54,543 nucleotides of DNA. Source: a bacterium. GTDB taxonomy: Bacteria > Hinthialibacterota > Hinthialibacteria > Hinthialibacterales > Hinthialibacteraceae. Numbering within the stretch: the first letter of the stretch is position 1; each line of letters opens with the position of its first letter. This document shows, piece after piece, positions 24,262 through 35,300 of this stretch. The position numbers were made by a program, and so were the translations under genes. The DNA is taken from assembly GCA_963663405.2 (NCBI GenBank), contig CAXXSM010000151.1, positions 1 through 54,543 of the forward strand, given 5' to 3'. The notes beneath the pieces are model-generated. The model worked only from the letters and a program-made list of their open reading frames with translations, was not told the origin of the DNA and did no database searches.

Positions 24262-24978
24262 TTGGATGACGACCGTTTAGCGTTCGCGGCCGCGCGCGGG
24301 GATGGTGAAGCGTTTTCCCAGTTGGTAAAACGTTACCGGCCCTATGTGTATACGATCGCCTATAAAATTGTATTGAATCCCGAAGACGCGCTGGATGTGA
24401 CGCAGAATCTTTTTTTGAAACTGTTTCAGAATCTCGGCGCGTATCGTGAACAGGGATCCTTTCGCGCCTGGCTGGCTGCATTGACGGCGCGCGCCGCAAT
24501 CGATCATGTCCGTGCGGCCAAGTCCGGCGCCAATGTGATCCCCCTCGACGATCCGGATCGTCACAAAGCAGAACAAGAAGCGCCCTGGGAGACGCTCGAT
24601 CGAGATAACCGTCTCCAGCGTATTGAAGAAGCGGCGGCGCGGCTTTCCGCACAGCAGCGGGCGATTATCACGCTGCGGCTCCGGGAGGATCTCGGTCCCA
24701 ACGAAATCGCCGTCCGGTTGGAGATTCCCTCCGGTCAAGTCCGATCCCAGTATCATCGCGCCATCGCCAAACTGCGCCGTGTTCTAGGACAATTACGGAA
24801 CGAATCTTCATCGATGGAGTGCGAACGTCCCCGCCCATATTCGGATAATCCACCAATGGAGCGCGAACGTCCCCGTCCGTGTGTGGAGAATCCGCCAATG
24901 GAACGCGGGCGTCCCCGCCCGTGTAAAAAGAATTCGCCGCTCCGAAAGGATAAAACCAATGAAGAATCCGCCCAATGA
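24262..24978 (+). CDS. ECF sigma-70 factor with a repeat-derived C-terminal tail
   Basis: Region 2 (GDGEAFSQLV..DALDVTQNLFLK..SFRAWL) and region 4 (LSAQQRAII..EIAVRL..GQVRS..HRA). Confidence 0.9.
   Translation: MDDDRLAFAAARGDGEAFSQLVKRYRPYVYTIAYKIVLNPEDALDVTQNLFLKLFQNLGAYREQGSFRAWLAALTARAAIDHVRAAKSGANVIPLDDPDRHKAEQEAPWETLDRDNRLQRIEEAAARLSAQQRAIITLRLREDLGPNEIAVRLEIPSGQVRSQYHRAIAKLRRVLGQLRNESSSMECERPRPYSDNPPMERERPRPCVENPPMERGRPRPCKKNSPLRKDKTNEESAQ
24814..24939 (+). repeat. Three tandem 42-bp repeats in frame within the sigma-factor 3' end
   Basis: Units start at 24814, 24856 and 24898, with core ATGGARYGCGRRCGTCCCCGYCC, and encode MECERPRPYSDNPP / MERERPRPCVENPP / MERGRPRPCKKNSP. Confidence 0.9.
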
Positions 24979-25570
24979 AATGGAATCGTTCGAGCGCGCC
25001 TGCGCGTACATCAGTGGAGATCTTTCTTCAGAGGAGATCCAATCCTTCGAGCGTGAAATGGAAAATGATTCCACATTGCGCAAGCTGGTTGAAGAAGCGC
25101 GTCAAGTGATTGTAGAGACACGCGGCTGGCTCCAATCGGAACCGCCCGGATTGGAACAGGTGGAAGCGCTCGCAATGCCCCGCCCTTCTTCCGTTCCAAG
25201 ACGCAGTGTCTTTCCGACTTGGCGGCGTTTCGCCACAGCGGCGGTTTTTATCATTGGATTCTTCCTCGGCGGCTTCGCTCAAAAGGAAGCGTCTATGATG
25301 GACCGCTTCGGAACTCTATTTACAGCGCCCGGCGTGTCGAATCCCTCAGAAACAGGTGATCAGTCCAGTGGGATTTCCGGGGAATCAATTCAACACGACA
25401 CTCCGCTTCAACCATCCAAGGATTCAACAATAAAATCCTATCCCGCGGACCGTTCACCGATTCATCACGCCCGTGAGGAGAATGGCCGTTTGATCATTGA
25501 AACCGCATGCGCCGTCTGGGTCGTTGACGGTAATTTTGATTTAGACCATAAACATAATGAAAAGGAGTAA
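24959..25570 (+). CDS. Putative membrane anti-sigma factor
   Basis: Overlaps the sigma gene; AYISGDLSSEE..FEREM..D..LR anti-sigma-like N-terminus; single TM FATAAVFIIGFFLGGF. Confidence 0.75.
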   Translation: MKNPPNEMESFERACAYISGDLSSEEIQSFEREMENDSTLRKLVEEARQVIVETRGWLQSEPPGLEQVEALAMPRPSSVPRRSVFPTWRRFATAAVFIIGFFLGGFAQKEASMMDRFGTLFTAPGVSNPSETGDQSSGISGESIQHDTPLQPSKDSTIKSYPADRSPIHHAREENGRLIIETACAVWVVDGNFDLDHKHNEKE

Positions 25571-25574
25571 GATC

Positions 25575-27443
25575 ATGAAAAACACAATTCGATTGATTAC
25601 GCTTTGTTTATTCATATTTTCTGCGCTGCCTGTTTTGGCGGATGTAGAACCAGGACACCTGCCAACATTCAATGAAATGGAGCAATTCACCTTGCGGCCC
25701 GGTGAGACTTTTACATTTGAAGAAATTAAGATTACCTATTCACAAATTCCCGAAGAGGAAAAAAGCGAGGATATACTCGGTTATCTATCTCTCAAGGGTC
25801 CGAAAACATCTGTCAACAAGATCGGGATTATAAATCCACATACAACATATTTAGATATCTACAATCGCGATTATCCAAACTGTATTTGTATTGACAATTA
25901 TTTTTTCCAGATTCTCTATCACACACAGTTAGGAAATTGCCTAGAAATCAGAGTCATTCAATTACCCGAACGTTTTGATTATCCGGCGCATTGGAAAACC
26001 GGCGGGCGGGACGCTTATTTACCCGTCACCGCGCATCAGCCAGTTCAATTAAGCGAATGGGTTTTCCGCATACTTGATGAGCCTCAAACATCTCAGGATG
26101 GCGCCTATCTGCTCTTATCCGTAAAGAACATAGAAACCGGCGAAGAAAGTCTTACAAACGTCAAACGAGGAGCGAAAAGAACCTTCGGCCGGTACTACAT
26201 GGAACTGATGGTTGGCCATATGGTGTTGGAAACGAAATCCGCTTATTTTATGGTTCAGATCAATCGTGATACACGCATTCGAGGGGGAGATACGTATGTA
26301 GAAGACCTTTATTATGATGAATCCATGACCCACGGCGATTATCTTGATTTGTTGGGAGAAAAATATAATTTCAAAGTTGAGTGGCGGCCGTTTCCTGGTT
26401 ATCCTGAATCCATTGAACTGTACAAAAATGAGAAGGAGTCTTTGCAAAGTATAAGGCATGAGTCCACTACAATTCGAGAATTCCTTCCGCGCGCATTTAC
26501 AGGGGGCACGGTGAAAGATCTCAAGTTTGAATGGAAAACTCCCAATCACCTGATCGTCCAACCCGCCCGGTATGATGAATACCTTCAACTGCAGGAACGG
26601 ATCAAGAAAGAAAATGAAGAAAGAGAGAAAGCGCTGGAGGATTTTAATCAAGAATACGAACTAATCACCAAAATCTATCCATTAAAAACCCTCAGCGCGG
26701 CGACCGCCAAGGCGCTTCTTGAAAAAGAGATCTTTATTCATCTACTGTATCGACATCCAAATGGGAAAAATGGAAAGTATTACGAAGTATTCTCGGCTAA
26801 TAAATACAATAGATTGGAGGGAATGGATTCGGGGAGTTATGAAATCGCTTCCATCAAAGAAGAAATCTATTCCGACGATCGCACCAATGTTCTAATCGTA
26901 AAAGCCGCCGCCCATACACATAAAAAATTGTCAAACGCGATCGCTTCGATGGAAGATATGATCCAAATCAAGGAAAAAAAATCCATCCCCCAATCCTTCC
27001 GGATCGAAGGGATACTCTTGGAAGGAATCGACGCGAATAGCAAAATCACCGGTTTGACTGGGGGAGGTTTGGTGAATGAATTAAATAAATCCCCCAAACC
27101 CCCAATCAAAGACCTGAAAAAATATGGACTCAGCGCGGAGGATATCCAACCCTTCGGATTTAATTCCGTTTCTGAATTGGGGAAAGGATTCGTGATATTA
27201 ACAGCCGAACGCGGTGAAGTCGGGCAGGCTCAATTTGCTCTCAATGAGACCTACAGCTGCGCGTTGGAGTTCCAAGATATCCGCGAACCGTACCTTTTAT
27301 TGAAAGCCAGCCTAACCACCGCGCAATCCGATAAGCCCCTTCTCTCGAATTCGCTGTTTCTCGAAAAGAACAAACCGGCGGTTCTTGGATTGACGAACCT
27401 GCGGCAGGCGTTGATTTTAATCCTGCGGATTCAAGGAAAATAA
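25575..27443 (+). CDS. Secreted protein with a secretin-N/NolW-like module
   Basis: AAGGAG RBS and signal peptide; TKIYPLKTLSA..A..LL ... SDDRTNVLIVKA resembles NolW/Secretin_N; no secretin beta-barrel is evident. Confidence 0.55.
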   Translation: MKNTIRLITLCLFIFSALPVLADVEPGHLPTFNEMEQFTLRPGETFTFEEIKITYSQIPEEEKSEDILGYLSLKGPKTSVNKIGIINPHTTYLDIYNRDYPNCICIDNYFFQILYHTQLGNCLEIRVIQLPERFDYPAHWKTGGRDAYLPVTAHQPVQLSEWVFRILDEPQTSQDGAYLLLSVKNIETGEESLTNVKRGAKRTFGRYYMELMVGHMVLETKSAYFMVQINRDTRIRGGDTYVEDLYYDESMTHGDYLDLLGEKYNFKVEWRPFPGYPESIELYKNEKESLQSIRHESTTIREFLPRAFTGGTVKDLKFEWKTPNHLIVQPARYDEYLQLQERIKKENEEREKALEDFNQEYELITKIYPLKTLSAATAKALLEKEIFIHLLYRHPNGKNGKYYEVFSANKYNRLEGMDSGSYEIASIKEEIYSDDRTNVLIVKAAAHTHKKLSNAIASMEDMIQIKEKKSIPQSFRIEGILLEGIDANSKITGLTGGGLVNELNKSPKPPIKDLKKYGLSAEDIQPFGFNSVSELGKGFVILTAERGEVGQAQFALNETYSCALEFQDIREPYLLLKASLTTAQSDKPLLSNSLFLEKNKPAVLGLTNLRQALILILRIQGK

Positions 27444-27684
27444 ATATACTACACACATTAATAGAAAATCCTTTTCCCCTCCAGTATAATTATTACGTCC
27501 TCAATTGTGATTTTTTTCTCCCATTCTTTCATTGTCTTTTTCCATATGGTATAACCATGTATATATGGCGCTCACGAACATCAAGAAGTCCTTTCTTTAA
27601 ATTTTATCGTTTTTTATTGTATTTTTGGGCAGAATATGTTAAAACGCTTTGAGTCTTTATGCAAATCAGGAAGGAGCAAGGACA

Positions 27685-27762
27685 ATGGCGAAGGATAAGA
27701 AGAAAGATAAAAAAGATAAGAAAAAGAAGGATAAGAAGAAAAAAGACAAGAAAAAGAAATAA
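27685..27762 (+). CDS. 25-aa Lys/Asp microprotein MAKDKKKDKKDKKKKDKKKKDKKKK (not in the ORF track)
   Basis: AAGGAG at 27671-27676, 8 nt before the ATG; mixed AAG/AAA and GAT/GAC codons all in one frame; TAA stop. Confidence 0.7.
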   Translation: MAKDKKKDKKDKKKKDKKKKDKKKK

Positions 27763-27817
27763 TTGAGAAATTGAATATTCTTTTTAGTTTGGGACTGCGT
27801 TCCTCTATGAAAATCAT

Positions 27818-28089
27818 ATGTAGGCGGTTCTATTTTTTTGTCTGAATTTTGAGAATGGCGATGGCAGGTTTGAGGGATTTAGCCAGAACAGATGAAAAAC
27901 CTTGCCTTGGCCGCCCTCTCGTTTTCTAATTAACGTACTCACTTACTAGGTGAGCAATATAAAGCTATCCACAGCATATTCGTCCGAACCATGATTCTAA
28001 GGATTAAAGGATTCCCATGATTGAAAAATCAAGAAAATCAAGTCAATCAGGCGAATCAAGGTTCAGACAAAAAATAGAGCCGCCCACAT
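27818..28089. repeat. Cluster of nested inverted repeats / small-element remnants
   Basis: 27818-27846 is the inverse of 28062-28089. The interval contains a palindromic unit at 27980-28070 (shared with 30866-30982) and a MITE-type terminus at 27934-27955. Confidence 0.7.
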
Positions 28090-28269
28090 TTAAATGTCAC
28101 GGGTACCTAGGGCAAGTACCGGCGCAAGTGCCGGAGACTTTATTTTCATCTGCCCTGGCCTTATTCCAAACCACATTTGAATAGCGCAATAACTAGTATC
28201 CTTCTAATTCTCAGCGATTACTGGCGATAGAGATCGTTTATAAAAAATATTCACTCGGATGAACCTTGT

Positions 28270-29617
28270 TTATTCATCCAGCAGTTCAACAATATGTTTG
28301 ACTTCCATGTTAAGCCCGCGTTGTTTGACGCCGTAGCTTAGTTGGAGGAGGCAACCGGGGTTGGCGGTTAGGAGCAGTTCCGCGCCGGTTTGTTCGATAC
28401 AATCCATCTTCCGGTCAAGGAGTTTCATCGACATATCGTAGTGAGTAATGTTGTATACTCCCGCGCTGCCACAGCACCAATCCGATTCGGGGGGGGGGGG
28501 GGGGGGGGGGGGGCAGATCGACGAGTTCGACGCTTGGGATTGATCGGATCACCTGTTTCGGCTGTTTGGATACTTGCTGCGCGTGTTGAAGGTGGCAGGG
28601 CTCATCATAAATGGTTTTTCTCTTAGTTTGACCGTCCGCCTTTGGGGGGGTGTAGTGCGGCCACTCGGAGAGAAATTCCGTGATCTCACGCACTTTTCCA
28701 CTAAACCGTTTGGCTTTTTCCCTATATTCCGGATCGTCTTCAAAAAATTCTTCATATTCTTTCAGCGCGGCGGAACAAGCGGCGCAGTCGGTCACGATTG
28801 TATCCACATCCAGCGCGTCGAAGAGATCGATGTTGAAGCGCATTAAATCAAACGCTTTGTGTTTGAATCCCGTGGAGAGCAACGGAGCGGCGCAGCACCG
28901 TACATCTTTCGGCGTAATAACCGTGCAATGGCTTCGGCGCAGGATATTGACAGTAGCATTGGTAGTGTTATTAAAGAGCAGACTCATCATGCAGCCGAGG
29001 AAATACCCCACACGCGTTTTCTCTTCGCCCTGCGCGTGCAGTGTGTCCGGGATGGTTTTCCGGAAGGGTTTCTTCAATTCTCTTGGCGCGAGAGCCTCCA
29101 TGAACTTGAGGCGTTTGGGTAGTAGATTGATGAATCGGGTTTTATGCAAAAGCGTTTGCAGACCGGTTCCTTGATAAAGGCGCAGGGGGAGTGTCGCCCA
29201 TTCGAGCCGCCAATGCCGCAGGAAGAGCCAATTGAATAAAATCGAATTGAGCAACCGGGCGATGAAATTCTGCTTCGCGTTCTGCTGTATCTGGGAACGG
29301 GCGGATTCGATCAGATATCCGATGCGAACGCCGGAGGGGCAGGCGGTTTCGCAGGCGCGGCAGTCCAAACAGAGGTACATCTCATCATTGAAATTCGGGG
29401 TGAGTTCGAGTTTGCCATCCGCCACAGCGCGGATCAACGCCGCCCGGCCCCGTGGGGAGGAACGCTCCACCCGCTGTTCCCGGTAGGTTGGGCAATGCGG
29501 CAGGCACATTCCACACCGAATGCAGTTCAATATCTTTTCATAATCGGGAATGTTTACGCCTTCAAAATATCCCGCTTTAAGGGGTTGTCCGTGTTGATTT
29601 TGGTTTGAATCGTTCAT
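28270..29617 (-). CDS. glcF: GlcF-like (Fe-S)-binding oxidoreductase subunit, frameshifted at a 25-G tract
   Basis: CIRCGMCLPHCP and CLDCRACETACP ferredoxin motifs plus CCG domains. The C-terminus (ESDWCCGSAG..TANPGC..HIVELLDE*) continues in another frame beyond G25 at 28489-28513. Confidence 0.85.
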
Positions 29618-29736
29618 CGGTGTCCTGAATCGTTAATTGTAAAAAGTGACCATATGGTATCGCCGCAGATACGATTTACCGCTGTCTAAATATTTGATCT
29701 TACTGGACTCAGGGAAAAAAGCAAAGCGGGGTGAAT

Positions 29737-30762
29737 CTATTCCATGCCCGGAAGAGCATTTTGCCGGCCTGATGGAGTTAAGCCCAGATGGTTATACCCC
29801 GCCGCAGTCAAGGTTCGTCCGCTAGGAGTACGGTTGAGAAGCCCTTCCTGAATTAGAAACGGTTCGTAGACCTCTTCCAGCGTTCCATCGTCTTCGCCCA
29901 AAGCGACTGCGATGGTACGCAATCCAACCGGGCCGCCGCCGAATTTTTCCGCGATGGTCCCTAGGATCCGCCGGTCCATTTGGTCCAATCCCAAGTGATC
30001 GATCTCCAGCAACTCCAGCGCTTCCTGCGCAACTCGTTTCGTGATTTTTCCTTCATGGCGCACTTGGGCGTAATCCCGGACACGGCGCAAGATCCGGTTG
30101 GCGACGCGGGGCGTGCGGCGGGAACGGCCGGCCAATTCATTGATCCCTTCTGAGTCAAAGGGGACATCTAATATTCGCGTGGACCGGTGAAGAATTTGGG
30201 AGATATCTTCCGTCTCATAAAAATTCAAGCGGCAGTGAATACCAAACCGGTCGCGGAGCGGCCCGGTCAACATTCCGGAGCGGGTCGTAGCGCCGACCAG
30301 GGTGAATTTGGGCAGATCGATCTTGATCGATTTAGCGTGCGGCCCTTCACCGATGAGGACATCGATGAAGTAGTCTTCCATCGCGGGATAGAGACATTCT
30401 TCGACAACCCGGTTAAGTCGGTGAATCTCGTCGATGAAAAGCACGTCACCCGCTTTGAGTTCCGTCATCAAGCCCGCAAGATCGGCTTTGCGTTCAAGGA
30501 TTGGACCCGATGTGGTCCGGATACTCACCCCCATTTCATTTGCGATAATATGGGCCAGAGTAGTTTTCCCCAATCCAGGCGGCCCTGCCAACAACACATG
30601 ATCGAGCGCCTCCCCCCGTTTACGCGCCGCTTCAATACAGATCGCCAGTTTTGTTTTTGTCTCTTTCTGACCAATAAAAAATTGCATGCTTTCCGGACGG
30701 ATATTCTCCGCCAGAGCGGCGTCATCAGGTTCAGGGGCTGTAGAAAGGAGGCGTTCGTTCAT
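29737..30762 (-). CDS. ruvB: Holliday junction DNA helicase RuvB
   Basis: [49 protein letters not shown]. Confidence 0.98.
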   Translation of the reverse strand: MNERLLSTAPEPDDAALAENIRPESMQFFIGQKETKTKLAICIEAARKRGEALDHVLLAGPPGLGKTTLAHIIANEMGVSIRTTSGPILERKADLAGLMTELKAGDVLFIDEIHRLNRVVEECLYPAMEDYFIDVLIGEGPHAKSIKIDLPKFTLVGATTRSGMLTGPLRDRFGIHCRLNFYETEDISQILHRSTRILDVPFDSEGINELAGRSRRTPRVANRILRRVRDYAQVRHEGKITKRVAQEALELLEIDHLGLDQMDRRILGTIAEKFGGGPVGLRTIAVALGEDDGTLEEVYEPFLIQEGLLNRTPSGRTLTAAGYNHLGLTPSGRQNALPGME

Positions 30763-30865
30763 TTTATAGATAGTCTTTTTTTCATTGATTAAACTTGGAT
30801 AATTATAATTGTTTTATGAGATAAATGATGGGCGCCTTCCACCATTAAGGTAAGATGGCGTGTGA

Positions 30866-30982
30866 TTGTCTGAACCATGATTTAAAAACCAGCCAGCTAG
30901 CGCTGTCTTAAAAGGATTTAAAGATTTCCATGATTAAAAATCAAGAAAATCAGGCGAATCAAGTGAATCAAGGTTCAGACAA
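30866..30982. repeat. Palindromic intergenic repeat (TTGTCTGAACCATGATT...AATCAAGGTTCAGACAA)
   Basis: Terminal inverted arms and internal AATCA(A/G) submotifs; a related copy lies at 27980-28070. Confidence 0.75.
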
Positions 30983-30987
30983 AAAAA

Positions 30988-32016
30988 TCAGGCATCCAAT
31001 CCCCCCAATTGCACGGCGGCCTTAATCGCATCAAGAAGCGACCGCTCCGAAGCCTTCCCCGTCCCCGCAAGGTCGAACGCGGTTCCATGATCGACCGAGG
31101 TTCTAACGATCGGCAAGCCAAGTGTAGTGTTGACGCCGGTCACCTCGCTCCATTCCTGGGTTTTGGGATCGAATTGGAAATTGTTCAGTTTGAAGGCGAT
31201 GTGGCCTTGATCGTGATACATCGCGATGACGCCATCGAAGCGCCCTCCAACGTGTTGGGGGAAAATAGAATCGCAGGGGAAGGGGCCTTCCGCTTGGATA
31301 CCTTGCTCCTGGGATTGTTTCACCGCAGGCCGGATGGCGCGGCTCTCTTCAACGCCGAACAGACCACCTTCACCGCTGTGGGGATTAAACGCGCAGACTG
31401 CGATGCGGGGACGTTTGCCATCCATCCGCGTGAGCGCTTCGTCAAACAACCGGATCGCGGTTACGATTCGCTCCTGCGTGAGTAGATCCGATACTTTGGA
31501 AAGTGGAACGTGGCAGGTGACATGCGCCACGCGGAAATTCCCGGCGCTCAGCATGAGGCAGTATTCCTCTGTCCCTGTTTTTTCCGCCAGAATTTCCGTG
31601 TGCCCGGCGTAGTGATAGCCCGCCTGGTTGAGCGCTTCTTTGTGCAAGGGCGCGGTCACGATTCCAATGACCCGTTTTTCCAGCGCCAGCCGGATCGCCC
31701 GGTCCAGCCAGATGAACGCCGACGCGCCGCAGGTTGGATCGATTTGACCGACAGGAATCTCTTCCCCAAGGCGTGATTCATCGCTGAGCAGCGCGATTCC
31801 TTCCCACGAGCCGATTTCTTTCATGTCTGGATTGATTTTTGTATATGAAAAATGGGTTCCAGTATAAGAAAACGCCCGAACGAGCGCTCGTTCAGAACCA
31901 ATAATCAAGGGGCGGAAACGGCCGCGAATCTCTTCGCGATTTAATCCTTTCGTGATAATTTCCGGTCCAACGCCCGCCGGATCTCCCATCGTAATCGCCA
32001 GCGCCGGTATTGTCAT
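30988..32016 (-). CDS. pdxA: 4-hydroxythreonine-4-phosphate dehydrogenase family (PdxA/PdxA2)
   Basis: TMGDPAGVGPE, TAPLHK, GHTE, NPHSGEGG, MYHDQGH, RTSVDHGTAFD. Confidence 0.95.
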   Translation of the reverse strand: MTIPALAITMGDPAGVGPEIITKGLNREEIRGRFRPLIIGSERALVRAFSYTGTHFSYTKINPDMKEIGSWEGIALLSDESRLGEEIPVGQIDPTCGASAFIWLDRAIRLALEKRVIGIVTAPLHKEALNQAGYHYAGHTEILAEKTGTEEYCLMLSAGNFRVAHVTCHVPLSKVSDLLTQERIVTAIRLFDEALTRMDGKRPRIAVCAFNPHSGEGGLFGVEESRAIRPAVKQSQEQGIQAEGPFPCDSIFPQHVGGRFDGVIAMYHDQGHIAFKLNNFQFDPKTQEWSEVTGVNTTLGLPIVRTSVDHGTAFDLAGTGKASERSLLDAIKAAVQLGGLDA

Positions 32017-32352
32017 ATCGGTTTCCTTTCAGTTTGTTTGATTGTATACACGATACCGATGAGGATTCGGTTTCTCAACGGGATTGGAAAGGGATTATTA
32101 AACCTGCAAATGAGAATTTTCTGTTTTTATTATGGAACTTTTACCCGCTATGCCATCTACAGAAATTGAGATTCATGGTGTACAATGTTTGATTCGGATA
32201 CGATCGATAGTTGTGCGCTATTTGGGGAATACGAGGGATTGTGATTTTCCCGTTGCAGGGAAGATCATGGTTATCGATGGACATCAATCCATTCTTCCAA
32301 CCGTCAGGTCTGGTGGACGCCCCATTCATTCACTTATCGAATCCGGTTCCGA

Positions 32353-35300
32353 TTGTACAGGTTCCTTGTTGCTGGAGCGGCATTCATGTTATTTTCGAGT
32401 AAACGAAATTCCATTGGGAAACTTCGCCTGAAAAAGCCGACTATTTTCTGTCTGCCTGGGTTTCATGTTGATCCCGTTTGGCGGCGGACTCAGGCGGAGT
32501 ATATCGAGCACAGCCTTTCGTTGATGCGGCAGTATCTTCTCGCGTGTCAGGCCGATCCTTATTATGGGGTGTATCTTTCCGAAATTGACTATTTAAAACC
32601 CTACCTGGATCTCTATCCGGAAGAACGCGCCTGGCTGATCAAACTGATTAAACAGGAACGATGCGCGACCGGCGGAGCGTACAATCAACCCAATGAAACC
32701 TCGATCGGCGGCGAAGCGCTGATCCGGAACCTTCTAATCGGTCGCGTGTACCATCAGACAATTCTTGATGACGAATCTCCCGTATTCATGAATTGGGACG
32801 CGTTCGGTCACGCGCCACAGACACCGCAGATCCTTGCGCAATGCGGTATCCAAGCCACCATTTTAACCCGGACCAATTACCGCGATCAGACTATCAAGAT
32901 TCCCGGCGTTCCGGATCTTTTTCTCTGGCAGGCGCCAGACGGCTCCTCGGTCTATGTGCGGCGTCTCGACTATTCCATGCCGAGAGAGACGCCTCTGGAA
33001 GTGGAATCGGCCCGGCGGTTTGATACGCAGAAATACGATTTTCCCAATATCATCGCTGATTTTACAATGGACGCGGGGGATATGATATCTCCCCGTGCGG
33101 AGATCCTCCGGCGCTGCCGTGAATTGGCGGATGATGAACCTTCAATCGTCATTACCGGCGCCGCCGCCAGGAAATATTTCGCCGCCATCGACACGCTCCG
33201 AACTGGACGCAAACTCATTCTCGAATCCGTCACCCGCGATCTCTCACAATACAACGAAGGCTGTGAACTGACGCGGGCCGATTTGAAAATCGCGAACCGC
33301 CTGGTCGAAAATAGGCTCTACGAAGCGGAAACCTGGTCCACAGTGGCGGCGGGATACAACATCCCCTATCCCTCGGCCAAAATTGATCGAGCTTGGCGGC
33401 AATTGCTCTTCTGTCAGCATCACGACGGCGTCACCGGCTGTGGGTCGGATATTGTTCTATTGGATTTATTGGACCATTACCGGGAAGCGTTGGAATGCGC
33501 CACTGAAGCGCGCCGTTCGGCGCTGACTGCGCTGTCACAACGGATCGACACACGAAGCGAAGGAAAGAACAAACCGGTTCTTCTATTTAACAGTCTCCCT
33601 TGGCGCCGGAAAGGCGTGGTCCGGCATACGATTACCATCAATGATGATGAGACTTTTGAACCATTCGAATTGTTTGGACCGAACGGTGAGTTGATCCCCT
33701 ATGAAGTCGAACCTGTTTCCTATAAAAAGGATGGCACTCTCTCCAAACTGACGGCGCGATGGGTTGAACACGATCTGCCTGCGGCAGGCTATCATCTCAA
33801 CGTGAAGAAGCCGGACGTGAAGATGGATATCCCCTTCGTAATGGAAGCGCAGAGCCGTACATGGATCGAAAATGAATTCTTCCGCGTGGAAGTGAATCCA
33901 GAACGGGGAGGAGGGATTGTCAGTCTCGTTGAAAAAGAGACAGGCCGTGAATATATCAACACAGACCATAAACAACCGGCCAATGATTTGATGCTCCTAG
34001 AGGAAGGCCCTGGAGATGAGCCCGCCTGGCGTCTATTAACGACAGGGCAGCGTCTCGCGGCCAGCGCGGAATCCGCGCAAGTGCGGACAGCGGAAGGGCC
34101 CATTACAACCCGCTTGATCGCGCGTGGATCAGGGCCGGGTCCTTGCGGCCGCGTGCAAGAGATCCGCTTGTACAAGGGGCTTCCATTTATCGACTGCGTC
34201 ACCATTCTCGAAGATTACAAAGGGTATGGCAAACAAGTATTAGAGGCCGATCCTGAACAGTCGCGCGATCTTTACGTCACCGCGTTCCCCTTGAATCTGC
34301 CCGGCGCCATACCGGTTTATGAAGACCGCTTTTACGCCAAAGCCTATCGGCGCAGCCGGGGATATATGGATTTTAAAAGTTCTTTTCTTGAATGGGATTC
34401 GGGCCACGCGATGAATTCCTGCCATCGGTGGATTGATATATCCTGGACTTTCCTCGTCCGTTTTACCTCGGAAAAGAACGAAACCGCCAGTCTGGCCGTA
34501 GGCCCATCAGAGATTGTAATTTCTAATGATAACCGGCGGGCGCTGCGGGATCGATTGATGAAACATCTTGCCCGGCATGGCGTCACCTCCACGCCCCGGT
34601 ATGATACGGATAAACCCAAATCCGATTGGCTCTTCCGCCAATGCTCGTTCTGCATTGGGACAATAGAAGAAAACACATACACCAAACGGCTTCTCGAACG
34701 CAATCCGGAGGCGCGGGAGTATTATAAACGCAACATGGACGAAATCGGATTCGTCTGTCTCGCCGTCGAGGATCGGGGAGGTGGGAGAAATACACCTGTT
34801 TTTATCTTCGCCGGAAATACCGAAGCGCTGACAGAGCAGGCGGTGGACGAACTGATTCAGGGTACAATCGCGCATCAATGGGAATGTCACGCGTCCGCCT
34901 GTTTCATAAAACAATTGGGAAAAGTGGAAAAAGCGGGTTTCGCTGTGTTCAACCGGGGTTCAACTCTGTGCAGTTTGGAGAAGGATGGGACGCTGGCCCT
35001 GGCGCTGATGCACACATCTCCATACGCTTCGCCTCAAACATCCTGGCCATTTGACTTCGCCGAACAGAAAACCCATATCTTTCAATACCGGCTGTACCCT
35101 CACACCGGGGACTGGCGGCAGGCGGAAATCACCCGGCGCGCAATGGAATACAATCTTGAACCGTACGCTCTTTCCACAACTTCTCACGAGGGGATTCTAC
35201 AGAACCGTCAATCCTTTTGGTCGGTGGAACCGAGTAACATCCTCGTCTCCGCGATCAAACCGGTGGGATTTCCTGAAGCGTCTTTCCAAAATGGGGCGGA

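Noticed and set aside
24814-24939. CRISPR array
   Set aside because: The units are contiguous, degenerate and in frame, with no unique spacers of proper length and no cas genes.
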